This document shows positions 27,729-37,030 of a DNA stretch of 64,000 nucleotides, in pieces. Within the stretch, counting starts at the first letter, position 1. Every line of letters starts with the position of its first letter. The stretch is from positions 856-64,855 of the forward strand of contig DASPWZ010000027.1 in assembly GCA_035637535.1 (NCBI GenBank), given 5' to 3'. The translations under genes and the position numbers were made by a program. The DNA comes from Candidatus Dormiibacterota bacterium. GTDB taxonomy: Archaea > Thermoproteota > Bathyarchaeia > 40CM-2-53-6. Under the pieces are notes generated by a model. It was not told where the DNA came from. It ran no database searches and saw only the letters and a list, made by a program, of their open reading frames with translations.

Positions 27729-29242
27729 GAATTATGGCGAACCGAAGACCCGTGCAAGGATTAGCGAAGCATTACCGGATGTTCATTGACGGAGAGTGGG
27801 TTGATTCGAAGCGGGAAGAGACGATTGACGTGGTCAATCCTGCCACTGAGAGAGTGATTGCCTCCGTTCCGAAAGCCAGCCGCGAGCAGGCGAAGGCTGC
27901 ACTTCAGGCGGCGGAGGACGCTCAACCGAAGTGGGAAGATCTCGCGCCCCTCCAAAGGGCGGCGTTTCTCTTCAAGACGGCTCAATTGATTCGGAGGGAC
28001 AAGGAGAGGTTGGCCAGACTCCTGACTTCGGAGCAGGGGAAGCCTCTGTTCGAGGCTCGCGGCGAGATTGACGGTGCTGCGTCGAATTTCGAGTACTATG
28101 CTGAGTTTGCGCGCAGGATTGAGGGTGATGTTCTACCTAGCGACAACCCACAACAGACCGTCATGATTCTCAGACTCCCAATCGGTGTGGTCGCGTCGAT
28201 TACTCCTTGGAACTTTCCATCTGCGACAGTCGCCAGGAAGCTCGCTCCTGCACTGATTACGGGAAATACGGTTGTGACGAAGCCATCGAGCAATACTCCT
28301 CTCAGCACGATCGAGATGGTGAGGCTGATGGAGGAAGCTGGCTTTCCAAAGGGGGTTGTGAATGTTGTTACCGGGAGTGGATCGGAGGTGGGGGATGAGC
28401 TCGTGACGAACAAGATTACTGGATTGGTTACGATGACGGGCAGTACCGATGCCGGACGGACGATTATGGAGCACGCTTCCAATCATCTTCCAAAGCTGGT
28501 CTTGGAGCTGGGCGGGAAGGCACCGTTCATTGTCTGGCGTGACGCAGACCTTCCGTGGGCGCTGAAGTGCGCGATCTGGGCTCGTTTCTGGAACTGCGGT
28601 CAGACCTGTATCTGCTCGGAAAGGATGTACGTTGACGAGAAGATCAAGGACAAGTTCGTTCCCGCGTTCGTTCGTATGGCAAATAATCTCCGGATAGGGA
28701 ACCCGCTTGAATCAGACACCGACCTTGGACCGATGGTCAGCAAAGAGGAGAGAGAAACCAGCATGCGCTTCATCGAGAAGGCGAAGGAAGAGGGAGACAA
28801 GATCGTCATCGGCGGAGAGAAGCCTTCAGCCCCAAAGAAAGGATGGTTTCTCGAACCGACGGTCATAGAGGATGTAAAACAGAAATCCTCACTTGTCCAA
28901 GACGAGATCTTCGGACCAGTCGTGCCCATTCTTGAGGTGGACAGCTTTGACAAAGCCATCGACTATGCAAACGACTCGAAATATGGCCTCGCCTCCTACA
29001 TCTTCACGAAAGACAATACACGAGTTCTGAAGGCTATGAACCGGATCAAATTCGGCGAGTCCTACATCAACCAAGTTGGACCAGAACAGCTCCAAGGAGT
29101 CCATACGGGCTTCCGACAATCCGGACTCGGGGGAGAAGGCTCAAGGTACGGGCTGGAAGGCTACACTCAACTGAAAACTTGCTACGTCGACTGGAACGAT
29201 AAACCTAGCTTGTCGTATCTCTTCCCATACAAATCGCAGTAG
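27725..29242 (+). CDS. NAD(P)+-dependent aldehyde dehydrogenase
   Basis: 505 aa with ELGGKAP and the catalytic Cys context GQTCICSERMYV. The start overlaps the aldolase stop (ATGA). Confidence 0.9.
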   Translation: MRIMANRRPVQGLAKHYRMFIDGEWVDSKREETIDVVNPATERVIASVPKASREQAKAALQAAEDAQPKWEDLAPLQRAAFLFKTAQLIRRDKERLARLLTSEQGKPLFEARGEIDGAASNFEYYAEFARRIEGDVLPSDNPQQTVMILRLPIGVVASITPWNFPSATVARKLAPALITGNTVVTKPSSNTPLSTIEMVRLMEEAGFPKGVVNVVTGSGSEVGDELVTNKITGLVTMTGSTDAGRTIMEHASNHLPKLVLELGGKAPFIVWRDADLPWALKCAIWARFWNCGQTCICSERMYVDEKIKDKFVPAFVRMANNLRIGNPLESDTDLGPMVSKEERETSMRFIEKAKEEGDKIVIGGEKPSAPKKGWFLEPTVIEDVKQKSSLVQDEIFGPVVPILEVDSFDKAIDYANDSKYGLASYIFTKDNTRVLKAMNRIKFGESYINQVGPEQLQGVHTGFRQSGLGGEGSRYGLEGYTQLKTCYVDWNDKPSLSYLFPYKSQ

Positions 29243-29252
29243 CCCTGGAAAT

Positions 29253-30626
29253 TTACCTGCCGTTTGCAGCAAGGATCGTAATGTCGTTCACATTTGTTCC
29301 AGTCGGACCTGTTATTACTAGGTCCTTGAGTTTCGAGAAGTAATGATAGGAGTCATTGTTTCCGAGATAATCTTCAGGGTCCATTCCGACCTTTAGACCC
29401 CGCATGACTGTTGTTCCATCAGCGAGGGCACCTGCCGCGTGTGTCTGACCCTCGATTCCATCGGTCGCGAACGATCCTACGACAACCGCATCTGAACCGC
29501 TGATCTTCACAGCCGCCGCTAGAACGAGCTCTTGATTCCTGCCGCCTTTCCCTTTTCCCCGGACGGTCACAGTTGTTTCTCCTCCGGCCACGAGGGCTGT
29601 TGGGGGTGCGAAAGGCAGTGAATTGTCTCGGATGTCTCTCGCGATCGAGCCGAAGATTCGACCGGCTTCTCGAGCTTCACCGGTTATCTGTATCGAGAGA
29701 ACCTGGGTCCTATAGCCTGCCTTCGTCATGGCTGCCGCCGCGGCTAGACAAGATGCACGACCGTTGCCAATAATCAGGTTGTGTACGTGCTTGAAGGCCT
29801 TGCTTTCCTTTTTCGGGGTATCTGGTATCGACCCTGAGAGGCCTTCGGTAATGACCCTTCGAGCGTTTGTTGGGATCTGAGACCAGAGATCATATTTCTT
29901 GAGAACCTGTTCAGCGTCGCGATAGGTCGTTGGATCTGGAGCTGTTGGGCCTGACGCTATTGCATCTATCTTGTCTCCAACGACATCCGAGATTATCAGG
30001 GTCAACACGGTCGCAGGATACAGCCTCGCTGCGATTCTGCCTCCTTTGATCTGGGAAAGATGCTTTCGTACCGTGTTGATCTCCTTGATGCCTGCCCCAG
30101 ACTTTAGCAATAATGATGTGACCCGTGCTTCGTCGTTCAAGCTTATTCCTTCAATTGGTAGAGGCATCAGAGCTGAGCCTCCTCCTGAGAGCAAGACGAT
30201 AACCAGATCGTCCCGTGAAACATTCTCGACCAAGTCTAGCATTGCTAGAACGCCTTCCATGCCCTTGCGTGTTGGAATCGGATGGGTCGCCGGGTGATAC
30301 GTTATTCGGTGACCTCGAGGCATTGGCCGCAGATAATCTGGAATTATTACCAACCCACCGGTAATCCACTTCCCGACTAGTTTCTCAACCTCCTCAGCCA
30401 TGTATCCCGAGGCTTTTCCTCCACCAATGACGAAGATTCTTCGAAATTCTTTCAGCGGAAACTGGAGCTTACCAACGTGGAGAACTTGCTCGTAGAGTTT
30501 CAGGTGTTTTCGTATGATTCTTGCTGGGTCCGCTGCTGCGAGGGCTTCGTTCATTGCAGCAAGAACGTCACGGTGTAACTTGTCTAATCCGTGTCTATGC
30601 TCAGTCCGAGCGCGGACCCTGATCAT
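29253..30626 (-). CDS. Glycerate 2-kinase (MOFRL / DUF4147 family)
   Basis: 457 aa with FVIGGGKASG, LLSGGGSALM and GGETTVTVRGKGKGGRNQELVLAAA, typical of the TtuD/GckA family. Confidence 0.85.
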   Translation of the reverse strand: MIRVRARTEHRHGLDKLHRDVLAAMNEALAAADPARIIRKHLKLYEQVLHVGKLQFPLKEFRRIFVIGGGKASGYMAEEVEKLVGKWITGGLVIIPDYLRPMPRGHRITYHPATHPIPTRKGMEGVLAMLDLVENVSRDDLVIVLLSGGGSALMPLPIEGISLNDEARVTSLLLKSGAGIKEINTVRKHLSQIKGGRIAARLYPATVLTLIISDVVGDKIDAIASGPTAPDPTTYRDAEQVLKKYDLWSQIPTNARRVITEGLSGSIPDTPKKESKAFKHVHNLIIGNGRASCLAAAAAMTKAGYRTQVLSIQITGEAREAGRIFGSIARDIRDNSLPFAPPTALVAGGETTVTVRGKGKGGRNQELVLAAAVKISGSDAVVVGSFATDGIEGQTHAAGALADGTTVMRGLKVGMDPEDYLGNNDSYHYFSKLKDLVITGPTGTNVNDITILAANGR

Positions 30627-30635
30627 CGTTCCAGG

Positions 30636-31817
30636 CTAATCCTTCCAAGTGTCTTTTACGACCCAGACAGGTTCGTCGAGGTTGAAATATTCCTGGCCCT
30701 CAGCCCGATGCTCTTCCATGACCTTCTCGTCCACTTCTACCCCAATGCCTGGGCGGGTCGGAACCTTCGTCTGACCATTCTCTACCTTCGACTGGTCCCT
30801 TACTAGTTGTCTCTTCCAGGCGGGGAAGCAGTCGTAGAATGACTCTTGAATCAGGAAGTTGGGAATCGCGGCGTCGAGCTGTACGGTTACCGCGTTCTGG
30901 ATGGGTCCGAACGCGTTGTGAAAGGCCATCTCCACCCCATACGCCTCTGCCATAGCGGCGACTTTGCGAGCAACCGTAACCCCGCCGATGTTTGTAATGT
31001 CTATTTGGAGATAGTCGGTCAGATTGTTCGCGAGGACGAAGGCCGCTTGTTCCTTGGTAAGTATCCGTTCGCCCAGGGCGACTCTAACGTCTGTCGCTTC
31101 CCTGTATTTTCGAAGCCCTTTGAGATTATCCGGATGAACAGGCTCCTCCATGAATAATGGATCGAACTCGCCGAGCTTCTTCGCGATTGCAATGGCCGCG
31201 TTGGGGTCAAACCTTCCATGGTGTTCTATCAGGAGCTGGACCCTGCTGGCTGTTGCGTCCTTGACAGCTTTTACCCGCGCGTAGGCCGTTTCCAGTCCCT
31301 TCGCATCTATGGAATCGTAGTGTGTCCCGAAGGGATCAAACTTGAGAGCAGTGTAGCCCATCGCTGCGAATTTCTTGGCCCGCTCGCCAAACTGTTCAGG
31401 CGTGACACACTTGTCATACCATCCGTTCGCGTAGACCCTGACACTGTTCCTGAAGCTTCCCCCGACCAGCTGGTATATCGGAGCGCCGAGATGCTTCCCG
31501 AGAATGTCCCAGCACGCGATGTCGAACGCGCTCAGAGCAGTTGTAGATTCGAATGATACAGGGAGGTAGAAGTCATGCTTGTGCCATTCGTGAATGTTCA
31601 GTTCCATGTCTAGGGGGTCCCTTCCCTTGTACACTCGGCCGACCTCGTGCAATGATTGGATTACTGACTGGACTCGTAGAGTCGGAACCGCTTCTCCGTA
31701 GCCGATGGTCCCGTCGGAAGTGGTGAGTCTTAGAATAATGGAATTTCCGGCCCAGGTAGCACTTCCCTGCGATGAGGGCTCGCCGAGCTGGTAGATTTCA
31801 AAGTCGGTAATTTTCAA
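30636..31817 (-). CDS. Enolase-superfamily sugar-acid dehydratase (gluconate/galactonate/pentonate dehydratase-like)
   Basis: It starts MKITDFEIYQL and has KFDPFG, LLIEHHGRF, FMEEP and ALGERI, which form the mandelate racemase/MLE metal-ligand pattern. Confidence 0.85.
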   Translation of the reverse strand: MKITDFEIYQLGEPSSQGSATWAGNSIILRLTTSDGTIGYGEAVPTLRVQSVIQSLHEVGRVYKGRDPLDMELNIHEWHKHDFYLPVSFESTTALSAFDIACWDILGKHLGAPIYQLVGGSFRNSVRVYANGWYDKCVTPEQFGERAKKFAAMGYTALKFDPFGTHYDSIDAKGLETAYARVKAVKDATASRVQLLIEHHGRFDPNAAIAIAKKLGEFDPLFMEEPVHPDNLKGLRKYREATDVRVALGERILTKEQAAFVLANNLTDYLQIDITNIGGVTVARKVAAMAEAYGVEMAFHNAFGPIQNAVTVQLDAAIPNFLIQESFYDCFPAWKRQLVRDQSKVENGQTKVPTRPGIGVEVDEKVMEEHRAEGQEYFNLDEPVWVVKDTWKD

Positions 31818-31984
31818 CGTGAAGCTCCGATGATCAGCGGACCTTTTGACATTTCGGTATTGGCCCCAACTCTCTAGACCTCAAGGATTTCGTCAAAGGA
31901 GTAACACTTCCTCGAAATGATCCTGACCTAATCCTGACCAGCACCTATTAGCACGGAATCCCACCAAGTCTCCTGCAAGTCTTA

Positions 31985-32365
31985 TTGACCTTGTTTCAGG
32001 ACAGCCATTCAGATGCCACGAGAGTCTTAGAGTTGGCTAGGGTTCTCTCTCCATCAGAAACCTCCTGGAGACGCCTTCTATGGTATGTCCTCGCGGGCTC
32101 CCGAGGAGGACCGAACCGGGGGAGGATCGTCACTCTGCTGAGAGAGGGACCGAAAAACGTGAACCAGTTGGCCGAGGCTCTAGACGTTCACTATCGAGTC
32201 GCCGAACATCATATCCGTGCTCTAGAGAAGAATCACCTAGTCTCACCTTCAGGCGAAAGATACGGACGGCTCTACTTTCTCTCGCAGGAAATGGAGGCAC
32301 ACCTTCCGATCTTCGACGAGATCTGGGTCAAGATCCAACCCAGAGCCAGGGAGGTGAAAAAGTAA
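31985..32365 (+). CDS. ArsR-family winged-helix transcriptional regulator
   Basis: NRGRIVTLLREGPKNVNQLAEALDVHYRVAEHHIRALEKNHLV is an ArsR-type HTH. TTG start, and the start is uncertain. Confidence 0.7.
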   Translation: MTLFQDSHSDATRVLELARVLSPSETSWRRLLWYVLAGSRGGPNRGRIVTLLREGPKNVNQLAEALDVHYRVAEHHIRALEKNHLVSPSGERYGRLYFLSQEMEAHLPIFDEIWVKIQPRAREVKK

Positions 32366-32649
32366 TGGTATCACTAATGGACGCTAGTCTTTACACAGCC
32401 GCCATCGGCGCGGCACTGCTACTCGGCCTCATTATCACCTACGCCAAGGTTTACAGAGACACTAGAGCACAGTTCAGCCTAGGATTAACGATCTTTGCAG
32501 CGATCCTCTTCTCACAGGACATACTCGCAGTCTACTCTTTCGTGACAATGTCGCCATTCATCGGAGACCCGTTCCTCCCATATCTTCTGGGAATAAACAT
32601 CGCGCAAGTCTTAGGAATACTAGTCCTATTCCGCACGACCCTTCGCTAG
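32365..32649 (+). CDS. Small 3-TM membrane protein coupled to the ArsR-family gene
   Basis: ATG 32365 overlaps the regulator stop (TAATG). The 94-aa product has three hydrophobic helices. Confidence 0.55.
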   Translation: MVSLMDASLYTAAIGAALLLGLIITYAKVYRDTRAQFSLGLTIFAAILFSQDILAVYSFVTMSPFIGDPFLPYLLGINIAQVLGILVLFRTTLR

Positions 32650-32756
32650 AACAGGCCCAGATCTAGACCAGACGTCCACCACATCTCGCCAATCTCTCAA
32701 ATAGACTCCGACCATCACCATAGCAACAGCTCAGAAAACGGGAGGTGGAATACAGA

Positions 32757-33878
32757 ATGAAAAAGCAGAATTTGATCACTATCCTCGGACTCTTCGCACT
32801 CTTCATCGTAGCATTCTCTAGCGGGCGAGCAATCGCACCAGCCAGCGCACAAGGAGTTGTCGGAAGCGTCTACATCATGTCTAACTCAGCGAGCGGCAAC
32901 CAAGTCATCGTATACAACAGAGCAGCCGACGGCTCGTTAACCTGGAAGGCAAACTATGCTACCAACGGTCTCGGAATCAACGGCCTAACCGGAAGTAACC
33001 AGGGAGGACTAGTCCTCAGTGACGACGGCCGCTGGCTGATCGTAGCAAATGCTGGTAGCAATGACATTTCCGTCTTCAGCGTCAATCAGAAAGGCCTGAA
33101 CCTCACCGACAAGGCAAGTTCGCAGGGCACGATGCCCATCAGCGCCACAGTTCACGGGAACGTCGTCTATGTACTGAATACAGGTGGATCTGAAAGCACT
33201 GACAACATTGCAGGCTTCCATCTCAACGATGGCCAGCTCTCAGCAATATCTGGCTCTGTCCAGCCTCTAAGCGGCGTGACAGCACCTGCTCAAATATCCT
33301 TCAACCCAACGGGCACAGTACTGGTTGTCACCGAGAAGAGCACTAGCAAGATCGACACATTCCTCGTCAACAGTGAAGGCGTAGCTTCAACTCCAAATGT
33401 CCAAGCCTCAAGCGGCGGAACACCGTTCGGATTCGACTTTACCCCTAGCGGCACACTCATCGTCAGCGAAGCAGCCGGCGGACCCTCCGGAACCAGCGCA
33501 GTCTCATCCTACACCATCTCTGACTCCGGCAGTCTGACCACACTAAGCGGATCTGTCCCTGACACTCAGCAGGCAGCATGCTGGCTCGTCGTAACCGGGA
33601 ACGGCCAGTTCGCCTACACCGCCAACGCCCACAGCACCACCATATCGTCCTACACCATTGCTGGCAACGGAAAAATCTCGCTACTCAACACCAAAGCGGC
33701 AACGGTCGGCGGCACTGATCTCGACATGGCTCTCGCAAGGAACAGCAGGTTCCTCTACGTATTCGACAACGCAGACCATGCTATCATAGCATACGAAGTC
33801 CATGCGGACGGCAGTCTCACATGGCTACAGACGACCAGCGGGATCCCAGCAGGAGCCGACGGACTAGCAGCAAACTAA
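32757..33878 (+). CDS. Secreted 7-bladed beta-propeller lactonase-family protein
   Basis: It has a signal peptide, MKKQNLITILGLFALFIVAFSSGRAIAPASA. Repeated blade-like units (VYVLN, VVTEK, IVSEA, AYTAN, LYVFD) resemble 6-phosphogluconolactonase / muconate-lactonizing propellers. Confidence 0.7.
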   Translation: MKKQNLITILGLFALFIVAFSSGRAIAPASAQGVVGSVYIMSNSASGNQVIVYNRAADGSLTWKANYATNGLGINGLTGSNQGGLVLSDDGRWLIVANAGSNDISVFSVNQKGLNLTDKASSQGTMPISATVHGNVVYVLNTGGSESTDNIAGFHLNDGQLSAISGSVQPLSGVTAPAQISFNPTGTVLVVTEKSTSKIDTFLVNSEGVASTPNVQASSGGTPFGFDFTPSGTLIVSEAAGGPSGTSAVSSYTISDSGSLTTLSGSVPDTQQAACWLVVTGNGQFAYTANAHSTTISSYTIAGNGKISLLNTKAATVGGTDLDMALARNSRFLYVFDNADHAIIAYEVHADGSLTWLQTTSGIPAGADGLAAN

Positions 33879-33881
33879 GAC

Positions 33882-33917
33882 GGACCTGTTCATTTCAGGT
33901 CCAATCTCCTTTTTTTT
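33882..33917 (+). terminator. Hairpin plus T8 tract between convergent genes
   Basis: GGACCTG-ttcattt-CAGGTCC is followed 7 nt later by TTTTTTTT, immediately after the lactonase stop. Confidence 0.4.
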
Positions 33918-33962
33918 CACTCGTTGAGGTGAGAAGATCGCAGTCCTCTTCCTCTCGAAAAT

Positions 33963-34700
33963 TCACAACTTTTCTTCGGTCCAACGTGAACCGAAATATG
34001 GTTCTTCGCTAGACTTTTTCCTCGGAAAGAGAAAATCTGACAACTGCTGAACACTCCGAAACTCGTAGTCAGGATGCTCAGTCGTAGGGTCTCCACGATT
34101 CTCGGGACTCCATAATGCAGCCCCAGTCATGACTCCAGCTCTTTTCCCCGCGATGATGTCTGAAGGGGAATCCCCGACATACATCGACTCTTTCGCACTG
34201 GCATTGATTCGGCTCAACGCCAGATTGATACCTTCAGGATCGGGCTTGCTCTTCTGGATGTCGTCCGCGGTGATACGCACTTCGAAGAAGTCGACTAGTT
34301 TGAACGGGTTGAGAGTATAGTCCATCATGTTCTTCTCTACCCCCGTGAAAAGAGCCAGCCGACGTCCAGAGCCTTTGATCTTGCTCAATAGTTCGGTGAT
34401 GCCAGGAAATGCGAGTCCCCGGCTGGAGACATGGGTTCGATAGCATTCGTAATAGTCTGATACTGCCCTAATTTGGACAGAATCCGGCAGGCTTCGAGTC
34501 ATTTCCTTGATGATCGTATGTGCTGGAGGTCCAAACTTGGAGATTACGTCTTCAAGGGTGAGTGATGTTTTGAGATATTTGCGAGAGATCTCGTTCTCGC
34601 AATGATAGATCACCGGAAGACTACTGACTAGAGTACCGTCCATGTCGAAGATGATAGCTTTTGGTCGCGCTTTGTCTCCAGCTGGTTCTCTAAGATTCAA
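33963..34700 (-). CDS. HAD-superfamily phosphatase (phosphoglycolate phosphatase-like)
   Basis: Motif I is IIFDMDGTLVSS. Later motifs are LFTG and YVGDSPSDIIAGKRAG. Confidence 0.85.
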   Translation of the reverse strand: MNLREPAGDKARPKAIIFDMDGTLVSSLPVIYHCENEISRKYLKTSLTLEDVISKFGPPAHTIIKEMTRSLPDSVQIRAVSDYYECYRTHVSSRGLAFPGITELLSKIKGSGRRLALFTGVEKNMMDYTLNPFKLVDFFEVRITADDIQKSKPDPEGINLALSRINASAKESMYVGDSPSDIIAGKRAGVMTGAALWSPENRGDPTTEHPDYEFRSVQQLSDFLFPRKKSSEEPYFGSRWTEEKL

Positions 34701-34777
34701 TTTTTCAAGGGAAGATAGGGGCAGCAGTGGGATAAAGTCACTGGGAAATTATCGATCTTGGTTGGAAAGTCTCTTGA

Positions 34778-36370
34778 CTAGTGCTTATGAAAGACAGGGA
34801 GGTCCTTGACGTAAAAGTAGTCATCGACTTTGAGCAGAAGGGAGGCGACTTCGAAGGTTCTCCAAATGGTAGCCTTGGTTAACTGCGCTAGTTCGACGAT
34901 GTTTGCCTTGTCCATGTCCGTGCAGCCTTGTTCTGAAACTCCCATTGAGTTCAAATTGTTTGAGTGATCTCTCCGAAGTTGCATCATTATCTCTATGGGG
35001 TCCAAGCCGTAATTTGTCGCGAGCCACTTTGGTATGATTTCGAGAGCGTCAGCGAAAGCTCTGACCGCGAGTTGTTGTTTTCCAGGAAAAGTTAGGGCGA
35101 ACCTTCGCAGCTGTAAGGCTAATCTGACAAAGATAGCGCCTCCGCCGGGCAAGACCTTCGGCCATGTACGTGCATGTTTGAGAACGAGGAGAGCACTTTT
35201 CACGGCCTTCTCAAGTTCCCGCAAGATCTCGGGAGAACTACCACGAAGCAGAATAGAGGCGGCCCCCTTACAGGAAATGAATACTGCGTCCTCGGGTGGT
35301 ATCTTGTCGACTTCCAATTTTTCCGCGGTACCTATGTCTCTCTCACTAATGTCGTTGGTATCTCCGACGATGGTAGCCCCCGTGGCCGTTGCGACCTCGT
35401 CTATCTCCTTCTGATCCACCATTTGTAATGCGAAGATGCCCTCTCTGCTCAGCTTGTCCGAGATCCGATCCGTTAGTTTTGCCCGGGAGATCAAAACGTT
35501 AGCCCCGGCCATCTTCACTTTCTCTACCAGACGTCTTCTCAGTCGAGCCTCTTCCGAAATGAACGTCGGGAGCTGGTCTCCGGAAGTAACATTCAGCGTT
35601 GTGGTGAAGGGTCCCTGTTTCTTATCGATCAACTCTAGGGACTTAATTTCCATATTGTAGACAATCGCGACCTTTGGGGCACTTACTTCATCTGGCATTG
35701 ATCGATGTGCCTTACCTCTCTTGATGACGACGCCATGTATCAGTTTGGAATCGTCAATTGTTCCACCAAGCTTCTTTTCTATCTTGATCCTCGAAACGTC
35801 TACCTTGCCCCGGTTGTCTACCAATTTCAGAGCTTGGGGCAGTTCACTTCGAAGTCTCTCGCCTAGGAGACCTCTTCCGCAATCGACGATCTCCATGAGG
35901 CAACCATCTAGGTCTCGAGCAGGATCCTCGGCAACTTGGTCAATGATTGCAAGGCATTTTTTGGCGGCGTCTTTGTATCCGTCAAGGATTGCGACGGGAT
36001 GAACGCCGACCTCTATCAATCGATCGGCCTCGGTAAGCAATGACGATAGGAGGATGACGAGAGTTGAGACTCCGTCCCCCGCATCTTCTCGGTGTATCTT
36101 CGCCGCTTCAACTAGTGTCTTGATAGCTGGATACTGAACTCCCAGCTCGTTTACGATATCTACTGCGTCCTTAGTCACCTTTGTTACAAGTTCGGGGCCC
36201 AGGCTGTAGGTCACAAGTTTGTAAGCGCCTCTCGGGCCTAAACTACTAGCGAGTTTTGACGCTGCTAGCGATGCAAGTTGAAGGTTATTTGTCCACGCTT
36301 CTCTGCCTTGTAGTCTTGCAACGTCTTTCGAGAAAATCGGTTGTCGTAGAGGGCCTACTTGTTGAGTCAC
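34778..36370 (-). CDS. Divergent group II chaperonin (thermosome/TCP-1 family) paralog
   Basis: 530 aa and collinear with thermosomes. The conserved nucleotide-site motifs are altered: LGPRGAYKLV (usually LGPxGxDKM), AGDGVSTLV (usually GDGTTT) and VTKDAVDIV (usually NDGATIL). LPGGGAIF is retained. Confidence 0.8.
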   Translation of the reverse strand: MTQQVGPLRQPIFSKDVARLQGREAWTNNLQLASLAASKLASSLGPRGAYKLVTYSLGPELVTKVTKDAVDIVNELGVQYPAIKTLVEAAKIHREDAGDGVSTLVILLSSLLTEADRLIEVGVHPVAILDGYKDAAKKCLAIIDQVAEDPARDLDGCLMEIVDCGRGLLGERLRSELPQALKLVDNRGKVDVSRIKIEKKLGGTIDDSKLIHGVVIKRGKAHRSMPDEVSAPKVAIVYNMEIKSLELIDKKQGPFTTTLNVTSGDQLPTFISEEARLRRRLVEKVKMAGANVLISRAKLTDRISDKLSREGIFALQMVDQKEIDEVATATGATIVGDTNDISERDIGTAEKLEVDKIPPEDAVFISCKGAASILLRGSSPEILRELEKAVKSALLVLKHARTWPKVLPGGGAIFVRLALQLRRFALTFPGKQQLAVRAFADALEIIPKWLATNYGLDPIEIMMQLRRDHSNNLNSMGVSEQGCTDMDKANIVELAQLTKATIWRTFEVASLLLKVDDYFYVKDLPVFHKH

Positions 36371-36373
36371 TGT

Positions 36374-36991
36374 CTAGCCGCCAAAGCCCGGTCCATGGTG
36401 TCGTCTCACCATTGCTTCATTGATTTTCTTCACTCGATCCATCCAGCCTAGGCCGATGTAGAGCTCCGTCTTGAGTCGGAGCGGGACGACCGGCAGTTTT
36501 TCGGACCCCACATATACGTACTCAGGTTCGTAGTCGAGTGGGTCACCCCACTCCCACTCCCCGATCCTGATCCGTAGTCCTCCGTAAACGTGAAGTCTCT
36601 GGCCTTCTATCTGGAATCTAGCTTCGTAGCTCTTGATTTGAACAGGGTATGGTTCTAAGTCTATTTTGGCTTCCCTGTCCAATTTCCTTTCTACGATTCT
36701 GGGGGTCTGGACCACATTCTCTGCGAGCCGGTTACTAATCTCTTCACAACCTTCGGCGGTGGTGAGAATGGAGAGATGGTCGGCGGGGAGACTGACCCCG
36801 GACATGAGCTCCCCTGCGTCACCCGACAAAGCCCACTTTGACTTGCAATCCTTCAGTAATCCAGCAAGTTTCATCGTGGCATTCAGCAGAGGTTCGCTAA
36901 GAACAACAAACTCTTCAGGTCCTGGAACCCGGCTCTCAACAAATGGGGCGACAATCGGCTGAGCCTTATGCGGAATTTTCAATGCAGGCAA
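36374..36991 (-). CDS. Hypothetical protein, operonic with the thermosome paralog (weak nucleotidyltransferase-fold resemblance)
   Basis: 205-aa ORF ending 3 nt before the chaperonin start. WALSGDAGELMSGVSLPADHLSILT resembles the G[SG]-x-loop of minimal NTases, but the acidic DxD is not evident. Confidence 0.5.
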   Translation of the reverse strand: MPALKIPHKAQPIVAPFVESRVPGPEEFVVLSEPLLNATMKLAGLLKDCKSKWALSGDAGELMSGVSLPADHLSILTTAEGCEEISNRLAENVVQTPRIVERKLDREAKIDLEPYPVQIKSYEARFQIEGQRLHVYGGLRIRIGEWEWGDPLDYEPEYVYVGSEKLPVVPLRLKTELYIGLGWMDRVKKINEAMVRRHHGPGFGG

Positions 36992-37030
36992 TTGCAGGCT
37001 TCCAGATTAAATTGGAGTTTTGCAGTCGTG

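Noticed and set aside
32080-32364. 5' part of the 189-aa plus-strand ORF (32080..32649).
   Set aside because: The first ~95 codons overlap the ArsR-family gene in another frame and are Arg/Pro/Ser-rich with no features. Only the part from ATG 32365 (TAATG overlap) looks like a real membrane protein.
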